From positions 1 to 26,208 of IMG/VR virus record IMGVR_UViG_3300013013_000030: a stretch of 26,208 bases of DNA; one strand, written 5' to 3'. The DNA comes from a virus (Duplodnaviria; Caudoviricetes). The position numbers and the translations under genes are program-made. This document shows positions 8,212 through 16,529 of the stretch, piece after piece. The notes below the pieces were generated by a model. It searched no databases. It was given only the letters and a program-made list of their open reading frames with translations, and was not told where the DNA came from. The first letter of the stretch is position 1. The number at the start of each line of letters is the position of its first letter.

Positions 8212-9378
8212 CTAAAGCCAGAGGTCCCACTCGATTAGTGTGCCCGGGAGTACCACCGGCAACTGTCGACCGAGGGGCTTCCTCCCGATTTCATAGGTAT
8301 ACTCTCCGGCTCGGCTAACGATCCGAAGCCGACCGCGCGTGCAGTGGTCTACAACGGATTTGAGCACTTGCAGCCCTTTCCCCCGCTGTTCAAGGCGAGT
8401 GGACGAAACAGGCGTACTCATAGCAAGATGGAGCCGAATCCCGTCATAGCTGGAGTCCTCTGGACTCGGCTCCCTCCCTACTAGTCTCATAAGGCCTCGC
8501 CTCACCCGGCCATATCCTGCCCAATGGTGGATCGTTCCTGGGATCGATATCCCGTGATCATAGACCACCATCGTGAGCCTTTTATTTTCCTGGTCAACCG
8601 CGCCCGTCATCCACCACCGGCTGACGCGCTCGTAATCAAAGTGCGCGTGAGCCGGATAGGCATGGTGCCGCGCATTCTCCGTCGCCTCGACAAGAGCGTC
8701 GAAAAGCCTGAGCCTCCTCAGCTTTGTGTCAGCGGCCTCAATAGCTTCTGCATCGACGGACACGATCATTTCAGCAATGAGACTAAGCAGTCGATAAGCC
8801 TCCTCATTGCCCACGAGGTCGCCAGTAGAAAACGGCGCGATGCGAATTGTGCCTTGCCGCACGGCGGGATCCCTGATTTGGATCTTAAGAAGCTCGAAGA
8901 AGCCTATATCTGCAAGCAGTTCTCGGACCTGTGGACGCCACCTATGGCGATCAATGACTGCTAACGGCCATTCAACCAGACTGCGGACGCGGTCATATTC
9001 TGAAGCAAGCACCAGGGCCGCGGCTGGGCCAAAGTATTCAATTGTCGTGAAATCCCGATATGAAGCTATGGTGTTGGACGGTTGTAGGCCGCGCCTCCGT
9101 TGCGCCTTGGTCAGTTTCTCAAGAGAAGTATTGAAAACCGCTCTGATGGACGCCAAGGCTGAAGCTGTCTCTTCGTAATTTCGCGACAGCGAGAAAACGG
9201 TCGGCATTGGCACCCGTCGGCCGGCCCAACCGCGGCGCGTGCGACCTTCGCGCTCGACCACGATTGGAAGCCAGTTTCCTGCGCCCGGACCGGAGCGCTT
9301 TCCTCGTTTATAGCTTCTCGCCACCATTCGGTGGCGATGAATGAGCCACCGCTTCCGTCGGTGAGTGAGCTTCTTCAA
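8212..9378 (-). CDS. GHKL/HATPase_c-fold ATP-binding protein (anti-sigma/Ser-kinase-like) with degenerate N-terminal STAS-like region
   Basis: N-box EATENARHHAY, G1 box YDHGISIP, G2 box RGKGL, terminal PGTLIEW. DFTTIEYFGPAAALVLAS resembles a STAS helix. The TTG start is uncertain. Confidence 0.8.
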   Translation of the reverse strand: MKKLTHRRKRWLIHRHRMVARSYKRGKRSGPGAGNWLPIVVEREGRTRRGWAGRRVPMPTVFSLSRNYEETASALASIRAVFNTSLEKLTKAQRRRGLQPSNTIASYRDFTTIEYFGPAAALVLASEYDRVRSLVEWPLAVIDRHRWRPQVRELLADIGFFELLKIQIRDPAVRQGTIRIAPFSTGDLVGNEEAYRLLSLIAEMIVSVDAEAIEAADTKLRRLRLFDALVEATENARHHAYPAHAHFDYERVSRWWMTGAVDQENKRLTMVVYDHGISIPGTIHHWAGYGRVRRGLMRLVGREPSPEDSSYDGIRLHLAMSTPVSSTRLEQRGKGLQVLKSVVDHCTRGRLRIVSRAGEYTYEIGRKPLGRQLPVVLPGTLIEWDLWL

Positions 9379-9952
9379 CCTTAGTGCCTTGAGCGGGGCA
9401 GGTCAGCGATCTTACGTAGGCAGCCCGAACCGAGAACGCAAACGCCAGCCGCCTCCCCCACCACGCCCCCATCGCCACCTCGGCCACCGCCGCGCCCTCC
9501 TGCGCATGGATCATCCGGCCCGGCCCAGTAAGGATCGCCGCGTGCTTGGCCGGCAGGTGCGGCTTCCAGCGGAACAGCACCACGTCGCCGGCCGCGGCCT
9601 CCGCCGGCGCGATTTCGCACAGGTGCCGCCGCAGCCCCTCCGCCAGCGTCTCGCGGCCGGCGGCTTCCGCCCAGTCCGGCGTGTAGGGCGGCAGCGTCTC
9701 CGGCGCGCGGCCGGTCACCTCGGCGAAGACGCCGACAATGAGCCCCAGGCAGTCGCAGCCGACCCCCTTCAGCGCCGCCTGGTGCCGGTAGGGCGTGCCG
9801 ATCCAGCCGCGCGCCGCCGCCAGAATCGCCTCGCGCGTGACCCTCTCCCCTTGTCCTGAGGTGCGAGGCTCTGCCGGGCCTCGAGGGGGCGGGAGAGGGT
9901 GGCCCCTGGCGTCAGCCAGGGGTCGGGAGAGGGGTTCGCGCAGGTTGGTCAT
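9308..9952 (-). CDS. GTA NlpC/P60 cell-wall peptidase (RcGTA g14-like)
   Basis: ARGWIGTPYRHQA...GCDCLGLI, YTPDWAE, GDVVLFRW, AKHAAIL, MIHAQE. ATG at 9952 forms an ATGA overlap with the DUF2163 stop. Carries an in-frame N-terminal palindrome and an aberrant C-terminal read-through. Confidence 0.9.
   Translation of the reverse strand: MTNLREPLSRPLADARGHPLPPPRGPAEPRTSGQGERVTREAILAAARGWIGTPYRHQAALKGVGCDCLGLIVGVFAEVTGRAPETLPPYTPDWAEAAGRETLAEGLRRHLCEIAPAEAAAGDVVLFRWKPHLPAKHAAILTGPGRMIHAQEGAAVAEVAMGAWWGRRLAFAFSVRAAYVRSLTCPAQGTKVEEAHSPTEAVAHSSPPNGGEKL
9841..9934 (+). repeat. Nested palindromic element lying in-frame within the NlpC/P60 gene
   Basis: CCCTCTCCC...GGGAGAGGG outer stem enclosing CGAGGC...GCCTCG, followed by CCCCTGGC-GTCA-GCCAGGGG and GGGAGAGGGG. 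Confidence 0.7.
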
Positions 9953-10836
9953 TCCACCAGCGCTCCCCCGTCCTTTTCCGCGTCCGCCGCGGGATAGGAC
10001 AGGGCGAAGTCGTTGCCCGGCATGTGCGGGAAGCCGCGGAAGCTGGCGATGTTGGCGAAGCGGTCGCGGCAGGTCGCCAACCGCTTGTCGCAGCCGACCG
10101 ACACCGTGAACCCCTCGCCGGCCGCGATCGGGTCGAGCCAGGCGTGCCACAGCTCCAGCTGGTCTTCGTCCGCCTCCCGCAGGTGCCGGATCACCTCGCT
10201 CTGCCGGCCGGCATTGGCGCCGGCGGTGAAGGTCAGCGTGCCGCCGTCGAAGAAGCCGCTCGGCCGCTCGCCCGGCAGCGCCGCGCTGATCCGCCGGCCG
10301 GCGGCCGCGAGCACCGTCGCCTCCGCCGTCCATTCCGCGCTGGCGAGGTTCACCCGGCAGCGGCTGTCGCCCAGATCGGCGTCGCAGGTGGCGCGGAAGA
10401 TGCGGCCGCGCTCCTGGTCGAGCTCATGCGCCAGGCTGCGGATTTCCGCCGTGAAGCTCACGCCGTCGCGGCGCACCTCGCCGATCGAGCCGACGCGCAT
10501 CAGGTGCCGCTCCGCCGGCGCCGCCCAGTTCACCAGCCAGGTCTCCACCCGCGCATTGTCGTAGAGCCCGGCCTGCAGGTCGCGCTCGCTGATCCGCTCG
10601 GAGCGAAGCGCCCCGGTCACCTCCAGCCCGCCCACCTTCAGCCCGGCATGCGCGACGGCGTCGCTCGCATCGAGCCCGCTCGCCGGCGCGTGCACCACGC
10701 CGTCGAACTCGATCGGCCGATCGTGGTCGGTGAAGCCGAGCACGACCCCGTCGCGGCGCCTTACCCGCCAGCAGCTGCACAGGCTGGTCACGCCGCCCGC
10801 CAGATGCGCGGCAAGCGCGGAGGAAAAGCTCTTCAT
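9949..10836 (-). CDS. DUF2163 / TIGR02218 baseplate hub protein (RcGTA g13-like)
   Basis: CW...RRDG..LGFTDHD, CDADLGD.RC, GCDK...TC..RF.N...FRGFPHMPGNDF with conserved cysteines. Confidence 0.95.
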   Translation of the reverse strand: MKSFSSALAAHLAGGVTSLCSCWRVRRRDGVVLGFTDHDRPIEFDGVVHAPASGLDASDAVAHAGLKVGGLEVTGALRSERISERDLQAGLYDNARVETWLVNWAAPAERHLMRVGSIGEVRRDGVSFTAEIRSLAHELDQERGRIFRATCDADLGDSRCRVNLASAEWTAEATVLAAAGRRISAALPGERPSGFFDGGTLTFTAGANAGRQSEVIRHLREADEDQLELWHAWLDPIAAGEGFTVSVGCDKRLATCRDRFANIASFRGFPHMPGNDFALSYPAADAEKDGGALVE

Positions 10837-10859
10837 GGCGTTCGTCTCAACAGGATGAC

Positions 10860-10963
10860 GCGAGTGGCGAATGGCGAATGGCGAATGGCGGGACGTTGAG
10901 TGGCGGACGCGCGAGCGGCCCCGACCCTATTCGACACTCGCCACTCGCTATTCGCCATTCGCC
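10860..10963. repeat. Inverted pair of tandem heptamer arrays (GGCGAAT / ATTCGCC)
   Basis: Left arm about 10860-10890 and right arm about 10928-10963 are mutual reverse complements. Confidence 0.85.
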
Positions 10964-10965
10964 GC

Positions 10966-11607
10966 CTACGGCCGAATCTCCACCACCGGCACGTTCGGCG
11001 CCTCGCCGGCCTCGAAGGCGGCGAGGTTGATGTCGAGCCGGTCCGTATCGAAGCGCACCGGCACGTCGAACAGGAAGCCGGCCGTCACCGCCGCCCTATC
11101 CGGCGGAATGTGCCCGGGCAGGAACGTCACGCTCCCCGTCGCCGCATCCACGCTGAAATCCACCCCCGCCGTCCCCTCGACGCCGGCGACAGCCACCCGC
11201 ACGCTCTCCGCCACCGGCTTGGCGATGGCCCGCTCGTAAGGCGCAAACGCCCCGCCATAGCTCTTCACCAGCTGGAAGGCCGCGCGCACGCCGTCGCCCG
11301 TCCCGATCGCCTGGTCGGCGGCGCTCGGCGTCTCGTCCGGCCGGCAGGATTTCCAATCCGCCCGGTCGCGCCAACGAAAGCCGTAGAGCCGCCCTCGGCG
11401 CTCCTCGAAGAACGCCAGCAGCGCGTGCAGGTCGCCGAGCGAGCGCACGCCCGTGCCGGCATCGTAGCGGCGGCGCGAATCCGCCCAGCGCTGGTTGCGC
11501 TCCTCGTGCCCGGAGGCGAGCAGCACGACGTCGGTGCGCCGCTCCGGCCCGCCGGTCGCGCCGAAGCCGATCGCCAGCGGAAACCGCACCTCATGGAAGC
11601 CCGGCAT
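10966..11607 (-). CDS. TIGR02217 / DUF2460 distal tail protein (RcGTA g12-like)
   Basis: FHEVRFP...GGPERRT..V.L.SG.EERN..W, FFE.RRGRL.GFR..D and AGF.FDVPVRFD. ATG at 11607 with GGGAG RBS. Confidence 0.95.
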   Translation of the reverse strand: MPGFHEVRFPLAIGFGATGGPERRTDVVLLASGHEERNQRWADSRRRYDAGTGVRSLGDLHALLAFFEERRGRLYGFRWRDRADWKSCRPDETPSAADQAIGTGDGVRAAFQLVKSYGGAFAPYERAIAKPVAESVRVAVAGVEGTAGVDFSVDAATGSVTFLPGHIPPDRAAVTAGFLFDVPVRFDTDRLDINLAAFEAGEAPNVPVVEIRP

Positions 11608-11621
11608 GATGCTCTCCCTGA

Positions 11622-11753
11622 GCAAGTGGCGAGTGGCGAATGGCGAGTGGCGCGGCTGCTATCGGCACGCTGGACGAATGTCGGGACGGCCGGACAGCGC
11701 GGAACCAGTGGACTCCACCCCTATTCGCCATTCGCTATTCGCCACTCGCCACT
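11622..11753. repeat. Inverted pair of tandem heptamer arrays
   Basis: GTGGCGAGTGGCGAATGGCGAGTGGCG, about 70 nt of unique spacer, then CTATTCGCCATTCGCTATTCGCCACTCGCCAC. Confidence 0.85.
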
Positions 11754-11757
11754 TCCC

Positions 11758-12333
11758 TCACATCCCCCGCTGCCCGCGCGCCACGGTGCGAGCCAGCATC
11801 GCGGTGAGCTCCGCCTCGGCGCGGCGGAAGCTGTCGGCGTCACGCGCCGTCACATTGAACGTCACGCTCGGCCCGCCCCGCCCGCCGGCCGAGCGCACGC
11901 CCATGGCCCCGTCCGGTCCGCGGGCGAGCGGCAGCGCCGCTTCCGGCCCGGCCGCACCCGTCAGGCCGAGCCCTGCCCGCCTCGGCAAGCAGCGCGGGCT
12001 CGCGACCACCCCGCCTTCCGCCAGGGGCGTCACGCCGGGGCCCAACACGCCGCCCCTGGCGAGCCGCGGCCCGCTGAGGAGCCGGCCGAGCACGCCGGCA
12101 AGCGTCCCGCTGATGCCGCTGCCGATCGGCGCCAGGGCCGCGCTGAGCGCCTGCCCCGAGAGGCTGAGCGCCAGCGAGCGGAGCACGTCCTCCAGCCGCA
12201 TGCCCTCCACCACGGACCGCCTGAAGGCCGTGGTCATCGCCCGGCCGAAGCCGTCCGCCAGCCCGTTCAGGTCGCGCAGCGCCGCTGCGAGCGGCGCCGC
12301 CGACGCGGCGATATCGTCCGGGTCGTCAGCCAT
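11758..12333 (-). CDS. Short GTA tail tape-measure protein (g11-like)
   Basis: P.A.GGVV.SP, G.AGPEA.LPL.RG.DG..GV, V.FNV...DA.SFRR.E....A.LAR.V.RG.R. ATG at 12333 with GGAG RBS. Confidence 0.9.
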   Translation of the reverse strand: MADDPDDIAASAAPLAAALRDLNGLADGFGRAMTTAFRRSVVEGMRLEDVLRSLALSLSGQALSAALAPIGSGISGTLAGVLGRLLSGPRLARGGVLGPGVTPLAEGGVVASPRCLPRRAGLGLTGAAGPEAALPLARGPDGAMGVRSAGGRGGPSVTFNVTARDADSFRRAEAELTAMLARTVARGQRGM

Positions 12334-12502
12334 GTCCATCTCCACGGTCGGGGAAGCAGCGCATCAGCTCCGCCAGGCGGTTGCGGCCGAAGCCGGGCGG
12401 GGGCTGCGGATGGAGCCCGCGCAGCGCCGCGGCGAGTTCGCGCGGCGTCATCGCCCAGAACGCCGCCGGCGGCAGCTTCAGCACGCCCAGCCCGAGCGCC
12501 AT
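12326..12502 (-). CDS. Tail assembly chaperone, second ORF (rcc01693-like); possibly also made as a -1 frameshift fusion
   Basis: W.ALM..GLG.L.L.P..FW.MTPREL...L..LM..FPD motif. ATG overlaps the upstream stop (TGATG). Confidence 0.85.
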   Translation of the reverse strand: MALGLGVLKLPPAAFWAMTPRELAAALRGLHPQPPPGFGRNRLAELMRCFPDRGDGHG

Positions 12503-12876
12503 CAGCGCGTCCCAGGCGAGCGGCTCGCCGCCGCCGGCGCGGGAGGGTTTGCGCCCTCTCCCGCCTCCCCTGCCCCGAACGTCACCTGCAGCAGCTCCAC
12601 CGCGATCCGCGCAAAGCCGGCCGCGCCGCCCTCGGCCCGCATCGCCGCGACCTCGGCATCGCTCACCGCCTCGCCGGCGCCACGCAGCCCCGCCCCGATG
12701 ATGCGGGTGATGTCGCGCGCGGCGAGGTTGCCTGTCTCGAAGCGCGCCGCCAGCGCCAGCAGGTCCTCCGCCCCGAACGCCGCCTCCAGCTCGGCCAGCG
12801 CGCCGAGCGTCAGGCAGAGCGTCCGCGCGCGCCCGTCGAGCACGGCCGCCACTTCGCCGCGGTGCCGGTTCGTCAT
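12502..12876 (-). CDS. GTA tail assembly chaperone (g10-like)
   Basis: NRHRGEV.A.LDG....LCLTLGALAELE.AF...LL..TF. Confidence 0.92.
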   Translation of the reverse strand: MTNRHRGEVAAVLDGRARTLCLTLGALAELEAAFGAEDLLALAARFETGNLAARDITRIIGAGLRGAGEAVSDAEVAAMRAEGGAAGFARIAVELLQVTFGAGEAGEGANPPAPAAASRSPGTR

Positions 12877-13289
12877 GGCAGCGCCGCGAAGGCCAGTGCC
12901 CCGGCCGATTCCAGCGCGATCTCGTAGCCGACCTCGCCGTCATGCTCGCCGGCATATTCGAGGCCCGTCACCTGGAAGGGCCCGCTGATCGTGCCGAAGT
13001 CGGGCACGACGATCTGCCAGGTACGGATCGCCCCGTCGAAGAACAGCTCGCGCACGCTGGCATCCGAGCCGGCATCCTTGAAGATGCCGGAGCCGGCGAT
13101 CCCCGCCCGCCGCACGCCGGCGCCGGCCAGGAGCTCGCGCCAGCGCCCGGCGCTGTCGGCATTGGTCACGTCCACCGTCTCGGCATTGAAGGCGATGCGC
13201 CGCGAGCGCATGCCGGCCACCGTCTCGAACGTGCCGTCCTGCTCGAAGTCCAGCTTCAAGAGCAGGTCCTTGCCCTTTTGCGCACCCAT
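12873..13289 (-). CDS. Major tail tube protein, TP901-1 family (g9-like)
   Basis: AQKGKDLLLK, FNAETVDVT..DS.GRWRELL.GAG, PDFG.I.GPFQ...LEY.G. ATG at 13289 with GGAGA RBS. Confidence 0.95.
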   Translation of the reverse strand: MGAQKGKDLLLKLDFEQDGTFETVAGMRSRRIAFNAETVDVTNADSAGRWRELLAGAGVRRAGIAGSGIFKDAGSDASVRELFFDGAIRTWQIVVPDFGTISGPFQVTGLEYAGEHDGEVGYEIALESAGALAFAALP

Positions 13290-13379
13290 CCGGTTCTCCA
13301 TCCATGTTCATGAGCTCGGCGCGGCTCCCCTCCCCCTTGTGGGCTGGGGATGGGGCAGCGCCGACCTGCCCTCCATGCG

Positions 13380-13787
13380 TTATGCCCGCTCCAGCACCGC
13401 CCGGAACCGCGCCACGGCGCGCCTCCCGTCCGGCTTGTCCGCCCGCGCCGTCTCCGTCGCCACGTGCCGCAGATTCACTACCCGCCAGCCCGCCACGGCG
13501 AGCTCCGCTCCGTGCAGCACCTCCTGCACGCGCCCGGCGATGCGCAGCGCCTCGCGGCGCCCCGCCTCCCGCGACCACGCCACCACGGCAAAGCGCACCT
13601 CCGCGCCGGCCTCCGTGCCGGTCGACCAGTCGCGCGCCGTGACCTCGCCGAGATGCAGGTAAGGCGCGGCCGCGTTCCGCGGGGCCCCGTCGAACACGTT
13701 CCCCGCCCCGATCAGCGCCGTCAGCCCGGCATCGCCGGCGAGCGCCGCGAACACCGCCTCCTGCAGCGCCAAAGCCGCGCCGCTCAC
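13380..13787 (-). CDS. DUF3168 tail terminator protein (g8-like)
   Basis: GTG at 13787 in a GTGA overlap. ALQ.A....L..D..L..L.G...VFD..P, PY...GE....DWST, RFRA..E. Confidence 0.9.
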   Translation of the reverse strand: MSGAALALQEAVFAALAGDAGLTALIGAGNVFDGAPRNAAAPYLHLGEVTARDWSTGTEAGAEVRFAVVAWSREAGRREALRIAGRVQEVLHGAELAVAGWRVVNLRHVATETARADKPDGRRAVARFRAVLERA

Positions 13788-14128
13788 GGCCGTGCCTCCT
13801 CTTCCGCGAGACAGATAAGATAGCGGCCGTCCTCCTCGGGATCGGTCACCGCCAGGATCAGAAAGGCCCGCGCGCCGAGCCGGAAGCGGTCGCCGGGCCG
13901 CACGTCGCTGCGATGCCGCAAGATGATCTCGTGCAGCGTCAGGTCGGCAATACCCTCGCCGACGCCGCGCTCCTCCGGTCGTACCGGCACCAGCTCCGCG
14001 GCAACAATCCCGACGCCGGTCCAGGTCGAAGTCCGCCCGCCCGCCCCGTCCGGCGCGGCAACCGCATGCTCCAGCGTCATCCTGAGCCGCAGCCGCCCTG
14101 GCGCGCTCGCCGCCGCCCGGCTCAGCAT
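13784..14128 (-). CDS. Phage head closure / head-tail adaptor (g7-like)
   Basis: GRLR.R..LE......DG.GG....W, H.I.LR.R.DV.PG.RF..G.R.F.I..V.D. Confidence 0.9.
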   Translation of the reverse strand: MLSRAAASAPGRLRLRMTLEHAVAAPDGAGGRTSTWTGVGIVAAELVPVRPEERGVGEGIADLTLHEIILRHRSDVRPGDRFRLGARAFLILAVTDPEEDGRYLICLAEEEARP

Positions 14129-14676
14129 AGGGCCAGCCTCCGGTAGGGCGCGACCAGCGCGCGGTAGCCGAGCGGCGTCGGGCCGGCCCCTTCGCCCTCC
14201 ATTGCCGCGGCGCGGTGCTCGAACCAGTGGGTGACGAGGAGCCGGATCGCTTGCCGCAGCGGCTGCGGCACATCCAGGCCCGAGGCGCCGTAGCCGGCGG
14301 TGAAGTCGATCTCGAACCGCTCCGCCGCGAGCGGCCGGCCGACGAGCCGCACCGTGCCGTCCGGCAGCCGCAGCTCATAATCGGCGGGCGGCAGCACAGT
14401 CGCCGATCCAGCGCCGTCGATGGCCCGCACGGCTTCCACCGAGAGCACCGGCCGCAGCGGCAAGAGCACGCCTTCCCTTGGCCAGAAGTCGAACAGCGCG
14501 CGCCACTTCTGCGCAATCAGTGCGGCGCGGATCTCCGTTTCGACGGTCACCCGCGCGGCGGCGAGCATCGCCGCGAGCAGGTCGTCCTCCGCCGCGCCGT
14601 CGAGCCGCAGATGCGCCTTGGCCTCGGCGAGCAGCACCGGCTCAACCGCCGGGCCTTCCAAGAGGATGCGTTGCAT
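14122..14676 (-). CDS. Head-tail connector (gp6-like; g6)
   Basis: PAVEPV.LAEAKAHLRLD...EDDLL, IDFTAGYG, VP.PLRQAI..LV.HWFEHR. Confidence 0.93.
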   Translation of the reverse strand: MQRILLEGPAVEPVLLAEAKAHLRLDGAAEDDLLAAMLAAARVTVETEIRAALIAQKWRALFDFWPREGVLLPLRPVLSVEAVRAIDGAGSATVLPPADYELRLPDGTVRLVGRPLAAERFEIDFTAGYGASGLDVPQPLRQAIRLLVTHWFEHRAAAMEGEGAGPTPLGYRALVAPYRRLALC

Positions 14677-14693
14677 GGTGACGATCTCCGGTC

Positions 14694-14977
14694 ATCGGCA
14701 ATCGGCAATCGGCAATCGGCAGTAGGCAGTCGGAAGGTAGGCAGGGCTTCGACCGCCAACCTGGCGGCCGTCGATTGTCATCCGACTGCCGATTGCCGAT
14801 TGCCGATTGCCGGTTGAGAAGCGCCCCGCCGCCGCGGGCGAACCCACGGCGACGGAGCATCCGGCACGGCCTGGGGAGGAGCGGGGGCGGGCCGTGCCGA
14901 AGGGACGAGCGGCAGATCGACAATCGGCAGATCGGCAAACGAGAGTCCGACTGCCGATTGCCCATTGCCGACCGCCG
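14694..14977. repeat. Two inverted pairs of a second heptamer family (TCGGCAA / TTGCCGA) bracketing two hairpins
   Basis: Arms at about 14694-14733 / 14782-14812 and about 14910-14938 / 14947-14977. Confidence 0.85.
14826..14899 (-). terminator. Twin hairpins downstream of the capsid gene (CU-rich loop hairpin and UUCG-loop hairpin); terminator/stabiliser-like
   Basis: Stem CGGCACGGCC/GGCCGTGCCG with a CUCCUCCCC loop, then CCGUCGCCGUGGG-UUCG-CCCGCGGCGGCGG. The U-tail is poor. Confidence 0.45.
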
Positions 14978-14983
14978 TGAGCT

Positions 14984-16246
14984 TCAGCTGACCCCGAACT
15001 TCACGAACTTGATCGCGTCGAAGTCCGCCACGCCGCCGCCGACGCGCTTGGTCGTGTAGAAGAGCACGTAGGGCTTGGCCGTGTAGGGATCGCGCAGCAC
15101 CCGCACGCCGGTGCGGTCGACGATCAGGTAGCCGCGGGAGAAGTCGCCGAAGGCGATCGCCAGCGTGTTCGCGCCGATATCCGGCATGTCTTCCACGTCG
15201 ACGACGGGGAAGTTCATCAGCGTCGCCCGCGCCTGCGCGGTGGCCGGCGGCGCCCAGATGTAGTTGCCGTCGGCGTCCTTCAGCTTGCGGATCGCCGCCT
15301 GCGTGCGCCGGTTCATGACGAAATGCGCGTTCTGCCGGTAGCCGGCCTTCAGCGCATAGACGAGGTCGACCAGCACGTCGGACTCGTCCGCCGCCGCAAA
15401 CCCGCCGGACACGCCGGTAGCGACATAGCCGAGATTGCCCCAGCTCCAGGCGCTCTCGGCCACCGCGGTGTATGCGGTGAAGCCCTTCGGCTTCTTGATC
15501 CCGTCGCCCTTGACGAAGGCCGCGGTCTCCTGCTCGGCGAAGGCCATTTCCACCTCGCCGGCGATCCAGCGGTCGAGATCGACCGCGGCGTCGTCGAGCA
15601 AAGTCGTGGTCGCCGCCGGCATCGCGTAGATCTCCGCCACCGGGAACTCCAGCTCGGCAAGCGCCGGCGTATCGGTTTCCGGCCGGGCATCCGTCTCGCC
15701 CACCCAACCGGTCGCGAAACCCGCCGTGGCGAAGGGTTTCTTGTAGATGCTGGACGATACCGTGCGCACCCCGGCAATGGCGCGGATCGGCGAGACCGCG
15801 GTGAGCCGCCGGCCGATCTCGGCCTCCGTCTCCTCCGGCACGAGATAGCCGCCGTCGGCGTCAACGCCGGCGACCATGGCCTTCTCCTCCAGCCGTTTCA
15901 GCCCGCTCATCTCGCCGGTCCGCACGTAGCGCTCGAAGGCCGCCTTGTGCTCGCTCGGCTCCGCCGCGCCGCGCCCGGCGCCGAAGCCGAGCTCCGGCCG
16001 GCGGCCCTTGACCAGCAGCCGGTCCAGCGTGCGCTTCTGCGCCTCGAGCGCCTCGTTCAGGCGCGTCACCTTCTCCTCGGTGACGACGTCCGCGGAAAGC
16101 TTCCGCTCGATCTCCTCCAGCCGCTCGTCATTCGCCGCCCGGAAGGCGCCGAAGGCGCTCATGAAGTCGTCGAACGCGTCCTTCAGCTCGCGCGGATTCT
16201 CCCCGGCCCCCTTCGTCTCGGGGGCGGGCTGCAATGCCATGTCCAT
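14984..16246 (-). CDS. HK97-fold major capsid protein (g5)
   Basis: DGGYLVP, SPIR.IA, ..YAMPA.T..LLDD, GDG..KPKGF, IAFGDF.RGYLIVDR.G.RVLRDPY.AKPYVLFYTTKRVGG. AAGGAGA RBS. Confidence 0.97.
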   Translation of the reverse strand: MDMALQPAPETKGAGENPRELKDAFDDFMSAFGAFRAANDERLEEIERKLSADVVTEEKVTRLNEALEAQKRTLDRLLVKGRRPELGFGAGRGAAEPSEHKAAFERYVRTGEMSGLKRLEEKAMVAGVDADGGYLVPEETEAEIGRRLTAVSPIRAIAGVRTVSSSIYKKPFATAGFATGWVGETDARPETDTPALAELEFPVAEIYAMPAATTTLLDDAAVDLDRWIAGEVEMAFAEQETAAFVKGDGIKKPKGFTAYTAVAESAWSWGNLGYVATGVSGGFAAADESDVLVDLVYALKAGYRQNAHFVMNRRTQAAIRKLKDADGNYIWAPPATAQARATLMNFPVVDVEDMPDIGANTLAIAFGDFSRGYLIVDRTGVRVLRDPYTAKPYVLFYTTKRVGGGVADFDAIKFVKFGVS

Positions 16247-16280
16247 CAATGTTCTCCTTCGGATCAGATCAGCACGTCAT

Positions 16281-16529
16281 TCCTCTCCCGGGCCGGGAGA
16301 GCCCGACTGGCGGAACGCGAGCGGGTGAGGGTCCTGCGAGCAGCGAATGGCGAGTGGCGAATGGCCAGTGGCGAGTGGCCTGCCAGAACCCGCGCTTAAC
16401 CTCCCACTTGAGGGGAGGTCGAGAGCGGCTTCAGCCGCTCCGGGAGGGGGGCGGACGCGGGCCGCTGCTTTGGCGCGCCAAACATCAGCGCCACCTGTCC
16501 CCATTCGCTACTCGCCACTCGCTATTCGC
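16281..16529. repeat. Composite: GC palindrome, then heptamer arms enclosing a second GC palindrome
   Basis: 16281-16331 resembles 21314-21365. Arms at 16342-16379 and 16501-16529. Inner element 16398-16451 resembles 21121-21174. Confidence 0.8.
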
